Part shown: positions 1 to 11,919 of the stretch, one piece after another
Position numbering within the stretch: the first letter of the stretch is position 1
Layout: each line of letters begins with the position of its first letter
NCBI GenBank assembly: GCA_964016885.1
Contig: OZ024750.1
Location: 12,772,001-12,836,000, forward strand
Source of the DNA: Eledone cirrhosa
Lineage: Eukaryota
DNA: 64,000 nucleotides
Direction of reading: 5' to 3'
The notes under the pieces: model-generated
Told to the model about the DNA's origin: nothing
The model's database searches: none
Seen by the model: the letters and a program-made list of their open reading frames with translations, nothing else
Translations under genes and position numbers: made by a program

Positions 1-170
1 AAAATGATGGAATAAAACACTAAATTTGAGAAATTCAGATATTTACTTGATGGATATTGGTTTCTGATTTAGACACAAGGCCTAACAATTTTAGGGGAGG
101 AGAAAGTCGATTAAATCGACACCAGTGTGTTACTGGTACTTTATTTTACACACACACACACACATATATA

Positions 171-510
171 TTCATTTCATTTTCATTTTACGTCCGCTTT
201 TTCCCTGCTTGCAAGGGTGGGACAGGAACTGATTCTGGCTTGATTTTTACAGCTGGATGCCCTTCCTAACACCAACCTCATTTACAGTGAGTGCTGGGTG
301 CTTTTGTTGCCATGGCACCTCCACGACCACTTTGCAGTGGAATGATAGGGACGCCAGTCCCTATCATCTCATTTCTACAGCTGAGTAAACTGGAGCAATG
401 TGAAATAAAGTGTCTTGCTCAAGGAAACAACACATCACCCGGTCTGAGAATTGAACTCACAACCTTTCGATTGCAAGGCCAATGCTCTAACCACTAAGCC
501 ATGTGCCTCC
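171..510 (-). mobile_element. tRNA-derived SINE family A (tRNA head, CORE-like segment, RTE-derived tail), full length
   Basis: Pol III A box TGGCTTAGTGG and B box GAGTTCAATTC. Near-identical to the copies at 35272, 59053 and 61251. Confidence 0.85.
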
Positions 511-527
511 ATATATATATATATATA

Positions 528-737
528 ACTAAGGAGTGTAACATGCAGTTACTGTAGGTTCACCCGAGTGACCACTTGATGCATAGTTTCCAGTCTGTAA
601 AGAGGTGTAGATCTAAGCTGAGTGTAAATATAGTAATAAAAGGACGATTTGTTATATCTTCATTACATTTATAGAGTAGTGACACATGTTTCACTATTGA
701 TCAGCTCAAGGTTCGAGCTGTATTGATCTAGCCTGAC
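528..737 (-). mobile_element. (TA)n-anchored Penelope-like pLTR remnant, family P3
   Basis: Homologous to 11300-11540. The minus strand carries hairpin CAGCTCGAACCTTGAGCTG followed by GAAACATGTGTC and ends at (TA)n. Confidence 0.5.
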
Positions 738-861
738 CCATAAAGATGAAATGCAAAGCTAACTTCGGCGAGATTTTGAACTGAGATCATAAAGGGGTGT
801 AACTCTATGCCACAAAGCATGTTGTTTGATGCTCTACCGATTACTGCCAAGCCATCACCCC
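736..861 (-). mobile_element. SINE family B (tRNA head plus Nin/Deu-like domain), partial
   Basis: Diverged match to the 5' part of family B. Other partial copies lie at ~55-148, 2689-2798, 14090-14200, 37434-37525 and 55852-55982. Confidence 0.65.
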
Positions 862-902
862 TGAGTTGATAGATATTGTCAATAATAAAGATAATTACTT
901 AC

Positions 903-1062
903 CTCTTACTATTAATACACATTGTGTTTCTGTGATAGTTCCATCACTTTCAGTTGCTATACATGAATAAATTCCTGAGTCACTGCTTTGAACATCTTTT
1001 ATATGTAGGGTCAAATTCCCACTGTCATCAGTGATCAGTTTTCTGCGTTTATCTTTTGTAAT
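903..1062 (-). CDS. Internal exon, C-terminal half of I-set Ig domain (gene continues beyond window start)
   Basis: Acceptor tttctgtttctag| and donor G|gtaagt, 160 bp. Translates ITKDKRRKLITDDSGNLTLHIKDVQSSDSGIYSCIATESDGTITETQCVLIVR with LxI and DSGxYxC motifs. Not in the ORF track. Confidence 0.9.
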
Positions 1063-1470
1063 CTAGAAACAGAAATTTACACAATTGTTATATTTAGAAA
1101 ATATCCCTAATGAGAAAGTCAGATTCAGTATTGAGAGGAATTTCTCTTAGAAGCTTTAATCTGGAATATTTCATTTCTTATAACTATTTTATTGGGGAGC
1201 AGTATATTAATTAAATGTTCTTTAATCATAAATTTTCATTACTTTCATAGATTTTACAGGGATTCAACTGAATTTATTTTTTGGATTAAATATTAAAGCC
1301 ATTACAATGCTTCCACATAGTTCTATGTCTCTCTCTTTCCAACTACACACACATACACATACACACACATATATACTTGTGAGAATTTGGTAAACAGAAA
1401 CTATGTAAAAAGCCCATCACATATATATCTGTGAGAACCTATATACATATATGTCATCATCATATGTGGT

Positions 1471-1533
<63 letters not shown>

Positions 1534-1544
1534 TATATATTTAC

Positions 1545-1671
1545 CTTTTTGCCCATTTTCTTCCATTCTACTTTAACAATGTAGCGTATAACACAAGTCA
1601 TTTTCATTTCCTCACCAATCTGAGCTTCCAAAAGCCTAGGAAGTTCTTTTACAAATACTGGAGGGAATTGT
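1545..1671 (-). CDS. Internal exon, N-terminal half of I-set Ig domain
   Basis: Acceptor ctcttacag|A and donor AAG|gtaaat, 127 bp. Translates (R)QFPPVFVKELPRLLEAQIGEEMKMTCVIRYIVKVEWKKMGKK and accepts phase 2 from the giant exon. Confidence 0.88.
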
Positions 1672-1869
1672 CTGTAAGAGTTTTAATATTTAGACACATT
1701 TTAATACATTTTAATACACATTTTAATTTGTTACTTATAAACAGAAATAACATATAATTTCTTTAATAAGACATTTGTATAAAACGAGGAAAAAGTGAGA
1801 GAAGATCCAAACACACAATCACATACCACAACAAATCCCTCTATTAATTTTATCAGTAAATTTTTTTTT

Positions 1870-2080
1870 AGCCTCTGGTGTTTGAGAAATTTTTGGGGAG
1901 CTGGGCCCTCAATAATCAGGCTCTTATCATTGTTGGCAGCTTGGCTTACCAATGTATCAGGTAATGCCTGTGGGGGGTGGTTGGATATTTCAGTGCCTTA
2001 GCTTCACTATCATCCAGGGCAATGCTGTGAGGGTATTGGTATGCCTCAAAAATATTATAAAACTGTATGAGAGACATTGA
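1870..2080 (+). mobile_element. Degenerate 3' end of CRE-type (restriction-like endonuclease) non-LTR retrotransposon
   Basis: Frameshifted translation PLVFE..GAGPSIIRLLSLLAAWLTNVSG...IFQCLSFTIIQGNAVRVL resembles the PxxxET.G..G / FQRLSxxIQRGNA C-terminus of CRE-like elements. Confidence 0.55.
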
Positions 2081-2916
2081 TGTTTTTCCAAGGCCAAGAG
2101 GTAGTTCAGACTTGAGAGTCTGTTGATTTTCTACAAGGCCTAGAATACAGTACTGCCTTCAATGCATGCTATCTTATATTATATTTAGAAATAAGCAATT
2201 AACGTTATCAGCATAACTTTCCTATTAATAACTTTCATTCCTTGGATAGTTCTGAGTGGTGTATCTACATACTTTGCTTATTTTACCTAAATGTATTTCC
2301 TCCTCTGAAGTGTTCAGCTACCCCCTGCTTTTTCTTTGTGATATTTTTATAGTAGCTTCTACTTAAACCCTGTACCAAACATAACCTCATACAGTCCCTT
2401 CATCAAGTGAGTACCTTATTTTTTCCCCGACTACATATATCAATTAATCTCTAGCTATTCAAGCTAAACATAATGTGTTGATTAGCAACCTTGGCTTATA
2501 AATGGGGTCTGGAATTTTGTCTATTTCTCAGCATACATAAAGTAAGGGGGCTGGCTGCTATTTGAGTATATACAGTAATTCATGAGTTGAATGTTCAGTT
2601 AAACAAACAACTGAAGTTCATCATAAAGCCTCTTTCTACTTTACAATTGAGGATTATTTGTATATTATATTTGTTATTTGATCGATATAATTGTTTCTAC
2701 TTTTGGCACAAGGCCAGCAATTACCCAGTACATTACGGGTATTTTATTTTATCAACCCCATAAGGTTGAAAGGCAAAGTTAATCCTGCCAAGGTTAAATT
2801 TATGATGAAAACAATCGTAAAGTAAAATTTTAGAAGTTTCTTAGGTAAATATAAACACTTTAAAATAAATAGTTTTGTATCATAGAACCAGTGGCAGTTT
2901 TAGGTTGTTTAGTTAA

Positions 2917-3124
2917 CCCTTTAGTATTTAAACTGGCCATATCTGGCCAGAATTCTGTCACCTCTTTCTGTCCAAACCGACTGTAATCAGCCATTCATAC
3001 TTATGCAAAGGTATTATTTTCAAAATAGATAATACCAAAATCTCATAGATTCGATATTATGTGAGATAAAGTGTTTACTGTGAAAATACAATAGTTTATA
3101 TAGAGTAATGTAAATGCTAAAGGG
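2917..3124. mobile_element. piggyBac-type MITE (TTAA TSD)
   Basis: TTAA|CCCTTTAGTATTTA ... TAAATGCTAAAGGG|TTAA: 14-bp TIR with 1 mismatch and TTAA on both sides. Confidence 0.7.
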
Positions 3125-3897
3125 TTAAAGGAGTTAATATTGATTATCAGTTATATAAATAATGGATTCATTTCTCTGCCATTTCTGATTTAAGATCTAT
3201 AGGTCAATTAAAATGTGTGAATTACTCAATACTATCTTCTCATACCTAACAATTATTAGTTCAATCTTTATCCCCTGATACATCTTACTCTTTCATATTC
3301 ACATATAAAATAGTCATTAAACAAAATATAATGTATTGCTATCTGTGTATGAAGTGTTGACTGTGATATTTAACACATGAGTGTTATTAAATGTTGTATA
3401 AAAAGAAACAAATGAATGCATTTTGTTTTAAAAAGATTTTCACTAGAGGTCTATGAATATTATCTATAATACAATATAAAGAATTGATCAGACAGTTGAT
3501 AGTTTCCCTATAAAGGTTTTAAAATAGAATTTTTTTTTTCCAATAAAAATAAAAAATTTTCAAAAGGTATATAAATGAATAAAGTGATGAATTAGTTCTA
3601 TGTAGTATTATTTCAAAATAAGATTGGACCTTTTAAGAGCAAATATTTCTAAAATAGAAATATTTTAAGCTGTATATTCTATTAACTCAAGGTTTAGATG
3701 GTCTAGTATAGAATAAATCAATATATTTTAAGTTTTAGAATTTGCTAATGTACACCTTAAGCCAAATGAAATAAATTTATGTAAAATATTTAATAGTGAT
3801 TTCTTTTATTGGCCATAAATCCCCAAATGTTTCATAACAAATATTCTTAAAAATCTTATATACACAAATATATTTTATAATAAATATATTGGCTTAC

Positions 3898-6800
3898 CTG
3901 TCTTTTAATATTTCTTCAATACCAGGTGATTTTATACGAGCTGCTCGTAATAACTGTTCAATTTGATATGCCCCATCCTGTGGCATAGGTGATTGACTTT
4001 TGGATTTTCTAGAACTTGGTTGTTCAGGACTTTGGCTGCTCGCAACTTTTTTTGTTGAGCGCTCAATTGATTCTGAGCGCCTGGCAGTTGGACTTGATTC
4101 TGAGCGCCTGGCAGTTGGACTTGATTCTGAGCGTGTGGCAGTTGGACTTGATTCTGAGCGTGTGGCAGTTGGACTTGATTCTGAGCGTGTGGCAGTTGGA
4201 CTTGATTCTGAGGGTGGAGCAATTTGACTTGATTCTGAGGGTGGAGCAATTTGACTTGATTCTGAGGGTGGAGCAATTTGACTTGATTCTTTCTCTGACT
4301 TTTCAACTGTTGTAACTTTTTCTGATCTTTCAATTGAACTTTGTTCAGAGATCTCAGATTGTTGTGTTTTCTGGGAAATTCCACTTTCTTCTTCTTTATA
4401 TTCTTTTTTAGTAATTGCTTCATCTTCTTCAATATCTCTGTGATGATATTTGATCTGGCTTTCACTAGGTTCAGAAGACTCAGATGATTGATGTTTAACT
4501 TGATGTTTAACTTCTTGTTTCACCTCTAAACCTGATTCTTCGGAACTTTGACTTTGGTAAGATGTCTCTTCTAAACTTTGTTTTTGATCAGAATGTCTTT
4601 CTTTTGACATTTGTTTATCACTTGCAACATCTTCTGAAATTTGCCGATAAAAAAATTCTTCTGGATCAAATTTCTGTTTTTGAGAGATATTTACATCATC
4701 AGAAAATTGGTAATTTAGTCGATCTGAATCATTAGAAGTTTGTCTTAGGAAGAAAGTTTCATCTTCAGACAACTGTCTTTCTAAGGAACTTGTTCTATTT
4801 GATTCTGTGTCCATACCCCGGAAAGATTCACTGGAGATGCTTGCCTGTTCAGAGACGTAGGATAAGGAATCCTCAGAAAATATTGGTTTCCTTGTCCATA
4901 CTCCGTCACTTTCTGATGGTAAATCCTCTTTTTCAATATTTCCTCCTAGTTTGTAAGATTTCCTAGTAGTTTCAGAATGTTCAGAAGTGCCCCAAGATTC
5001 AAAAGGTCTTTTGGTATAACATTGGTCTTCTTCCAGCTGATCATCTGTATGTTGTCTTTGAAATGTTCTTCGTCTATAGTATTTAGATGAAGAAGCATCT
5101 TCATTCATTTCAAGTTCATCTGTACTGGAAATACCAGATACTTCATCAAAGGATCTTTCATAAGTTTTACTTTCAGAATCTGTTGATTGCATAGTCCTCC
5201 TGGAATACATTGCCCTACTCTTAGAGCTAGAATGCTGTGTATCAATAGCATCATCAGTAGAAGCATTCTCTGAATCAAAGCCATATTCACAACTATCCTC
5301 ATGGTGAATAGAAGCAGCCTTTTTACTAGATGAGTCACTAGTTGATTCCAATTTTTCCCTCACCTCTGTAGATTTGTAGTTTGTTTCTTCTTTTTGTACA
5401 TCCCTATTTAAATCCAAATTATCTTTAGAAACATCTTGGCAAATGTTACTCAATTCGAAATCATTAGTATTATCGAAAAATACCTTTTCAGTTTTCCTAC
5501 TTGTTGAAACAGTACATTCTTCAGTAGGCTCTTCAACAATGCCTTGATGCACCACTTCAGAATTACCAAATGGAGGCATCATTTCTTCAATAATAGGGGA
5601 GCCTGTACGAAGTGTCTGTTCGTCTTTCATCGATTCAGATCGTTCATAATTAAAAGTTGATTGAGATTCATTGCTTATATTGTCATTTACTGAGAGGTTT
5701 CTTTGGTCAGGTGATACTGGCATTTCGACAGTATATTCTTGCTTTAATTGATTATTATCCACACTATCTTTGACTTTTGCTAATTCTTCATCTGGTTCCA
5801 CATCAACAATAGTTGCTGTTTGTTCTGTAATTTTTCCATCCAAACCTTCAGAAGTTTTAGTTTCTGTTTTTATTTCTTTAGTCATTTCAGTTGTGGACAA
5901 TTTAATATCTGAAGATTTTTCTTTTATTTCTTCCTCAATTATCCTATTGACAAAGGATTCAGCAAAATCTTCCACATTTTTCTTATTTAGATTAAAGTCT
6001 TCAGTTGTGTCATTTATTTTAAAGTCAGAAGTTTCTTTTGAAAGTTGTAAACATTCTGAACTTTCTCCGTCTTCTGTGTGACTATCACTTATTTCTGACA
6101 TTCTTTGTTTGGTTATTTTTTCAATTTCTTCACTTTCAGCAACACTTTCTCTTCCAGTATCTGACTGTAGATCAGAGATAAGAGATACTTCACACTCTTT
6201 ATCTGAAGATATATAGGTACTCTGTTTTCCTGTAGCTTCAGATTGGTGTAGCTCTGTTTTGGTTGATGTATCAAGTTTCTCTTCACATACAGCAGCAGCA
6301 GCAGGGGAACTAGATACTACACCTGTCTTATCAAATGTCAAGAAATCATTACTAATTATTTCAAGATCTTCTATTTGCTGATTTGACTGCTGATATTCCT
6401 TATTGAGTGCTTTTTCAGTGTTGATTTCTCTATCCTTTATTAATTTCTCTGAAGTATCCCACTGGCCATATTCAGTATTTTGCTGTTCACCATCAGTTCT
6501 ATCCTTTAACTTAGTAACTTCTGTCTGTTCTAACAAACTGTATTCAGCTTCAGAACCAACAAGTTGTTTTTTATTTTCCTCAAAAATATTTTGATTTGGA
6601 GGAATTGAAAATGTTTCGTATTCTTCAACTATCACTTCTTTTTCGCGTGACAGAATAATTTCATACTCGGTTTCATTTTCAGTGAATGTTTCTGTGGAAT
6701 AACTTTGTTCTTCTACTGAAGATGATGTTGCCATAGCAATATCCTCAACATTTGTTTGAACATCTTGTACAAAATCAAAGCTAAATGTTTCTTCTTTTTC

Positions 6801-9724
6801 TGGGCTTAATGACAATCCAGTTTTTACTTCAACTAAAACTGAATCTCTGCCATTTGGTACTTCTTTTTCAACTGAATCATCAAACTGCTCAAATTCCATT
6901 CCACTACAAAGATCTGCATATGCTGTACTTTCTACTTCTGAGCTTTCAAATGTTTCTTGTGTAGAAATTACATAACTATGTTCACTAGATTCCTCAAATG
7001 TTTTCTCAGAATACATTTCTGTTTTATTCTCAGATACTTCACCATAAAGACCAGCTTCTTTAGCTTCTTTTTCAGCAAGAAGTTCATCAGTGTGAACATC
7101 AACTACATTGAGATCTTGAGTATCAGCTACTATGATATGAGCAGCTTCATCATCCTTAACTGTGTCTGTGTGTTCTGTTTTTACATCAGTTTCTACATGA
7201 TAAGCTTCTGTGGATGTCTCAGTTTGTTCCATGATGCCTTCCACAGCTTTACTGAACTGATCACTTTCAAATTCTACAGTGATCTCTTGGTTGTCTGTTG
7301 TTGTCATGCCAGAATGTTCTTCTTCTTGGTATTGTATCTCAGCAACAACCTCAGTTCTTTCTTCATGTACATCAACACCTCTTTTCTCTTCAACCTCTGT
7401 TTTCTCCTCAGTTATTGTAAAGGAAAAATCCACATCTTTTCCAGCTGCTTCAGTATCCATGCTAGATCTTTTCTCAGTCGTATGTGTAATAACATCAGAT
7501 ATAATGGTAAAGACTTCTGGTTCTTGGTTTCGTATCTCTGCAACAACATCAGATTCCATCTCGATTATATCAGTAGATACTCCTACAGCTTCTTCAGAAA
7601 TCTCTGGGGGAACATCAGTTATTTTTTCAGGTTTGTCAGTGGGAGCATCAGCTACTTTCTCTGCAACATCTGTAGGAAGTTCAGGAGTTTTCTCAGGTAC
7701 CTCAGCAGGGATATCAGCTACAACTTCAGGTACCTCAGTAGGGATATCAGCTACTACCTCAGGTACTTCAGCAGAGATATCAGCCACCTTCTCAGGTTCC
7801 TCTACAGGGATATCAGCCACTACCTCAGCAGGGATATCAGCCACTACCTCAGCAGGGATATCAGCCACTACCTCAGGTACTTCAGCAGAGATATCAGCCA
7901 CCTTCTCAGGTTCCTCTACAGGGATATCAGCCACTACCTCAGCAGGGATATCAGCCACTACCTCAGCAGGGATATCAGCCACTACCTCAGCAGGGATATC
8001 AGCCACTACCTCAGCAGGGATATCAGCCACTACCTCAGCAGGGATATCAGCCACTACCTCAGCAGGGATATCAGCCACTACCTCAGCAGCGATATCAGCC
8101 ACTACCTCAGCAGGGATATCAGCCACTACCTCAGCAGGGATATCAGCCACTACCTCAGCAGGGATATCAGCCACTACCTCAGTAGGGATATCAGCCACTA
8201 CCTCAGTAGGGATATCAGCCACTACCTCAGCAGGGATATCAGCCACTACCTCAGCAGGGATATCAGCCACTACCTCAGCAGGGATATCAGCCACTACCTC
8301 TACAGGGATATCAGCCACTACCTCAGTAGGGATATCAGCCACTACCTCAGCAGGGATATCAGCAACTACCTCAGCAGGGATATCAGCTACTACCTCAGCA
8401 GGGATATCAGCTACTGCTTCAGGTACCTCAGCAGAGATATCAGCTACCTTCTCAGGTACCTCAATGGGAGTATCAGCTACTTTCTCAGGTACCTCAATGG
8501 GAGTATCAGCTACTTTCTCAGGTACCTGTGTGGGAATATCAGTTATTTTATCAGCAGTATCAACAGGGGCCTCTGATGACTTCTCACTTACTTCAGTGGG
8601 AACAGCTGGTATCTTCTCTTGTGGAACTTCTGATATTTTTTCAGCTTCCACACATGGAATATCAGCCATTTTAGGTACCTTTTCAGCAGTATCAGTAGGG
8701 ACCTCTGGCAATTTATCAGGTACCACAGTTACCTTCTCAGCAGTATCAGAAGGAACAACCACCGGTTTCTCAGTCTCAGGTGCTTCAGTAGAAATATTAG
8801 ATGGTATTTCAGGTGCCTCTGGTGCTTTGATAACAGGAATACTAACTTGTGGTTCTGCTTGTTCTTTTGAACCCTCTGTTTCATATGAAAGTCTATATTT
8901 TTGACGACTTCCAATATCTGTTTGTTTACGAGTTGATTCGTAAGTGACATATTCCTCCATAGCTATACTATCTGTTTTATAGTCTTTTCTTCCGCTAATA
9001 TATTCCATCTTATCCATACTTTCTTTAGTACCAGTAGAATCAGCAAAGAGTGATTTTGTTAAAGCATTATACTTCTCTTCAACTGATTCAATAGACTTAT
9101 CAGAAATTCTCTTTGATTCTTTACTTTGTAGCTTCTGTTCTAATGTTTCTCTGGTAGATCTTGAAGCATTATCCATTTCATTAAATGATTTAGATGAAGG
9201 CAAGTCTTTCATATCCATTCCAATACTTTCCTTGGAATATTTCTCATCTCTCATTTCATACTGTTTACTTCTTGCAGACCAGCCTTTAGCTTCATCATCT
9301 GTGTCAATGGAATAGTCACTATCACTAGTTCTCCTCCAGAGGTTTCGCTTTATATTACCTTCAGAAGCTTTATAATCTGAACACCTGGTATCATAATCAG
9401 AGCCAAGATCAAATGACTCTGACCGTCTATATCGGTCATGTGACTCTGATCTTCGAGATTGTTCATATGACTCTGACCTTTGATAGCGGTCATATCTGCT
9501 GTAGCGTTCTTTGGAACCACCATAACTAGGGTATTTGTTGTAAGGACTTTCTGAATATCTACTATATCTGGAGTGTCTGTCAGATTCTTGACTTGATGAC
9601 CTATATCTTCTGTCCCTATCAGGAGATCTCTCAGGTTTAGTGTAGCTTTCACCATAAAGACGTATCTCCCATTTTTTGAAGAGATCTTCACCATAACTTG
9701 ACTCAAACAGGCTTTCTCTGTTTT
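3898..9724 (-). CDS. Giant 5,827-bp exon encoding ~1,940 aa of low-complexity E/S/T/D/P/V/K-rich (PEVK-like) sequence
   Basis: Acceptor ccatttattttcag|AA at 9724. The frame is open 156 codons upstream of the listed ATG at 9254 ([27 protein letters not shown]...) and continues into the 1786-aa ORF. Donor GACAG|gtaagcc at 3898. Phases 1 and 2 match the flanking exons. Confidence 0.9.
4068..4289 (-). repeat. Coding minisatellite, 27-bp unit (ESSQIAPPS x3, ESSPTATRS x3, ESSPTARRS x2)
   Basis: Tandem gattctgagcg..tggcagttggactt and gattctgagggtggagcaatttgactt units. Confidence 0.95.
7700..8530 (-). repeat. Coding minisatellite, 24-bp unit encoding VVADIPAE (with 33-bp [11 protein letters not shown]-type variants)
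   Basis: Tandem gggatatcagccactacctcagca units inside the giant exon. Confidence 0.95.
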
Positions 9725-11299
9725 CTGAAAATAAATGGATTACAATTTATTGTCTCAAAGAAGGTTTGTAAAAAATATTCTTAAAGAACATATATATGTA
9801 AATATGACAGTTATTGCTCCAATTATTCTATAAATACTCAGTAAACAGTAACCAAAGGAGGAGTCTCCTCCTCCTCCGAATAAATTTGATGTAGTAAGCC
9901 AAAACATTTTAATTATTTAGAATTACAACTTTAGTGATGAGATCATATGCCTGTCTAAATTACTAATTAGGGTAAGTAAAATGCAGTAAATAGATAACCA
10001 CAATATTAATTAAAATTAATTATAGAATATAATGTGGAGTGTGTCTGATCTTTAACCATGTAATCATCTTCTCTAATTTAAATCTTCTCCTCAGTTCTTA
10101 AATGTTATGCCAGTTAAGTAATATCTAAATAGACTTTGTCATCTGACAGTAGTTTAAAACAAACTAATTTTCTCCTTTTCAAAACAAATTAAACTAGAAT
10201 ATAATTATTATCATTTTCACGTAATTGCCATCACATCATGAGCATCACTTTATTATATCTATTTTTTTATACAACTTTATTTATTTATCTATTTATTTAT
10301 TTCTCTTCTGGTTCTAATCTTAGAGCTACATCCTCATTTACCTAATTCTTATAATTAGTTCTATGATCACAGAATCGTCTTTTTCAGAATAAATAAATAA
10401 ATATATATATAAAGAAAGAATGTCTTAATTTTCCAGCCATCATTTTAACATTAATGATAGTTTAATGCTACAAAATCTAGGTATCTGTGTTGTTGGTAAA
10501 CATGTGTGTGTGTGATGAAAATAGATCTGTAAATATCCATTTCTGTGTCAAACATATGTGTTAGCTTTTAGACTGTTTCCATTTGAAGTCAAGTTATGTT
10601 GCAAACATATTATATTTCCCAAATGCAAAAATAATTTATATATCGGTTTATCATATTACATAATTATCTGTTACTATATTTATTAATAAAAACACAGGTG
10701 GTTTAATACCTGGAAGGTTGTGAAAATAACAGTCAGTTTTATACTCTAGAGAAAAGAACATTTTAATGAAAATCATTAATTAACTTTATTTTATTGAAAA
10801 GTTAAATTATAAATTATTTGTATGTTCAATAATTGGAGTAGTCATGGCTGTGTGGTTAAGACATTCACAGCTTCAGTTTCTAGTCTATTATTCTGCAGCA
10901 TGGACATATTCTGCCATAGATATAGTTTGACCAAAACTTGGTAGATGGATACTGTATGGAAGTCGTTTTAGGAGTGGTGTATTTAATTCATTGCCTGATT
11001 TAACAATACGACCCAACACATGGTTTCCTTAAGCTAAGTATACTCTGTTGACCAGGTCTCTCTATATATATACACATGCTGAGCTAGTTAGTGTATATTT
11101 ACATATATACACACACATGCTAACCATTTCAGTAACATAAAATAAAACATTTTCTTTTTAATTACTTAGTCAGAAGAGAAAGAACAGTTCTTATAACTCT
11201 TTTAAAGGTCTCCAACACAACACAAGTCGTTCTCAGGCCAGAGACCTGGTCAACAGAGTATACTTATGCATGTATTTCATTTTATTATAGTATTTTAAA

Positions 11300-11540
11300 G
11301 GGTCCGTCGTGCTGCAGATTACAGAGTCGGGTTGGATCGATACAGATCGAACCTTGAGCTGATCAGTGGTGAAACACGTGTCACCTACCAATAAATGTAA
11401 TGAAGGAGTAACCAATCGTCGTTGTTATCCTTTCAATATATTACACTCTGTATAGCTCTACACCTCATCACAGAAGTGAACCTAAAGATCGAGTGCTCTC
11501 CCGGGTGAACCTGCAGTAACTCCAAGTTACACCCCCTGGA
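11300..11540 (+). mobile_element. (TA)n-anchored Penelope-like pLTR remnant, family P3, with hammerhead-like motif
   Basis: CpG-rich island in AT-rich DNA. Order: CTGCAGA, hairpin, GAAACACGTGTC (palindromic helix III), AATAAA, tail with TCGAGTGC, then (TA)n. Homologues at 528-737 and ~35750-35870. Confidence 0.5.
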
Positions 11541-11624
11541 TATATATATATCATCATCATTTTTTTCAGGGAAAAGCGAACGTAAAATGATGATGATGAT
11601 ATATATATATTTTATATATATATA

Positions 11625-11665
<41 letters not shown>

Positions 11666-11669
<4 letters not shown>

Positions 11670-11878
11670 AAAAGAGTAAGGACCCTGATGGCTGAGCTCT
11701 GACCGTTTCGACAGCTAGATCCGAACACAGCTAGATCAGTTCGGATCTAGCTGTTGAAATGGCCGGAGCTCAGCTGTTAGGGTCCTGACTCTTTTCCTAT
11801 TACCCACTCTGCTACCCTAAATATTGAGTACTCTGGTGCATTATGGTCCACCTGGTATCTTACCACACCCTCTTTGTT
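11666..11878 (+). mobile_element. (TA)n-inserted fold-back element, family P1
   Basis: ~61-bp inverted arms (11666-11726 / 11739-11799) plus a conserved tail TTACCCACTCT...TATTGAGTACTCTGGTG...TTACCACA. (TA)n on both sides. 4 copies in the window. Confidence 0.8.
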
Positions 11879-11885
11879 ATATATT

Positions 11886-11919
<34 letters not shown>

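Noticed and set aside
6957-8904. Two long plus-strand ORFs (539 aa SRDISHYL repeats, 541 aa SAGISATT mucin-like)
   Set aside because: They are antisense shadows of the 24-bp coding repeat, which lacks stops in these frames. The minus frame is far longer and splices to Ig exons.
9350-9706. 118-aa minus ORF, and ORF 3932-4465
   Set aside because: Alternative frames overlapping the giant exon. The splice-compatible frame is a different one.
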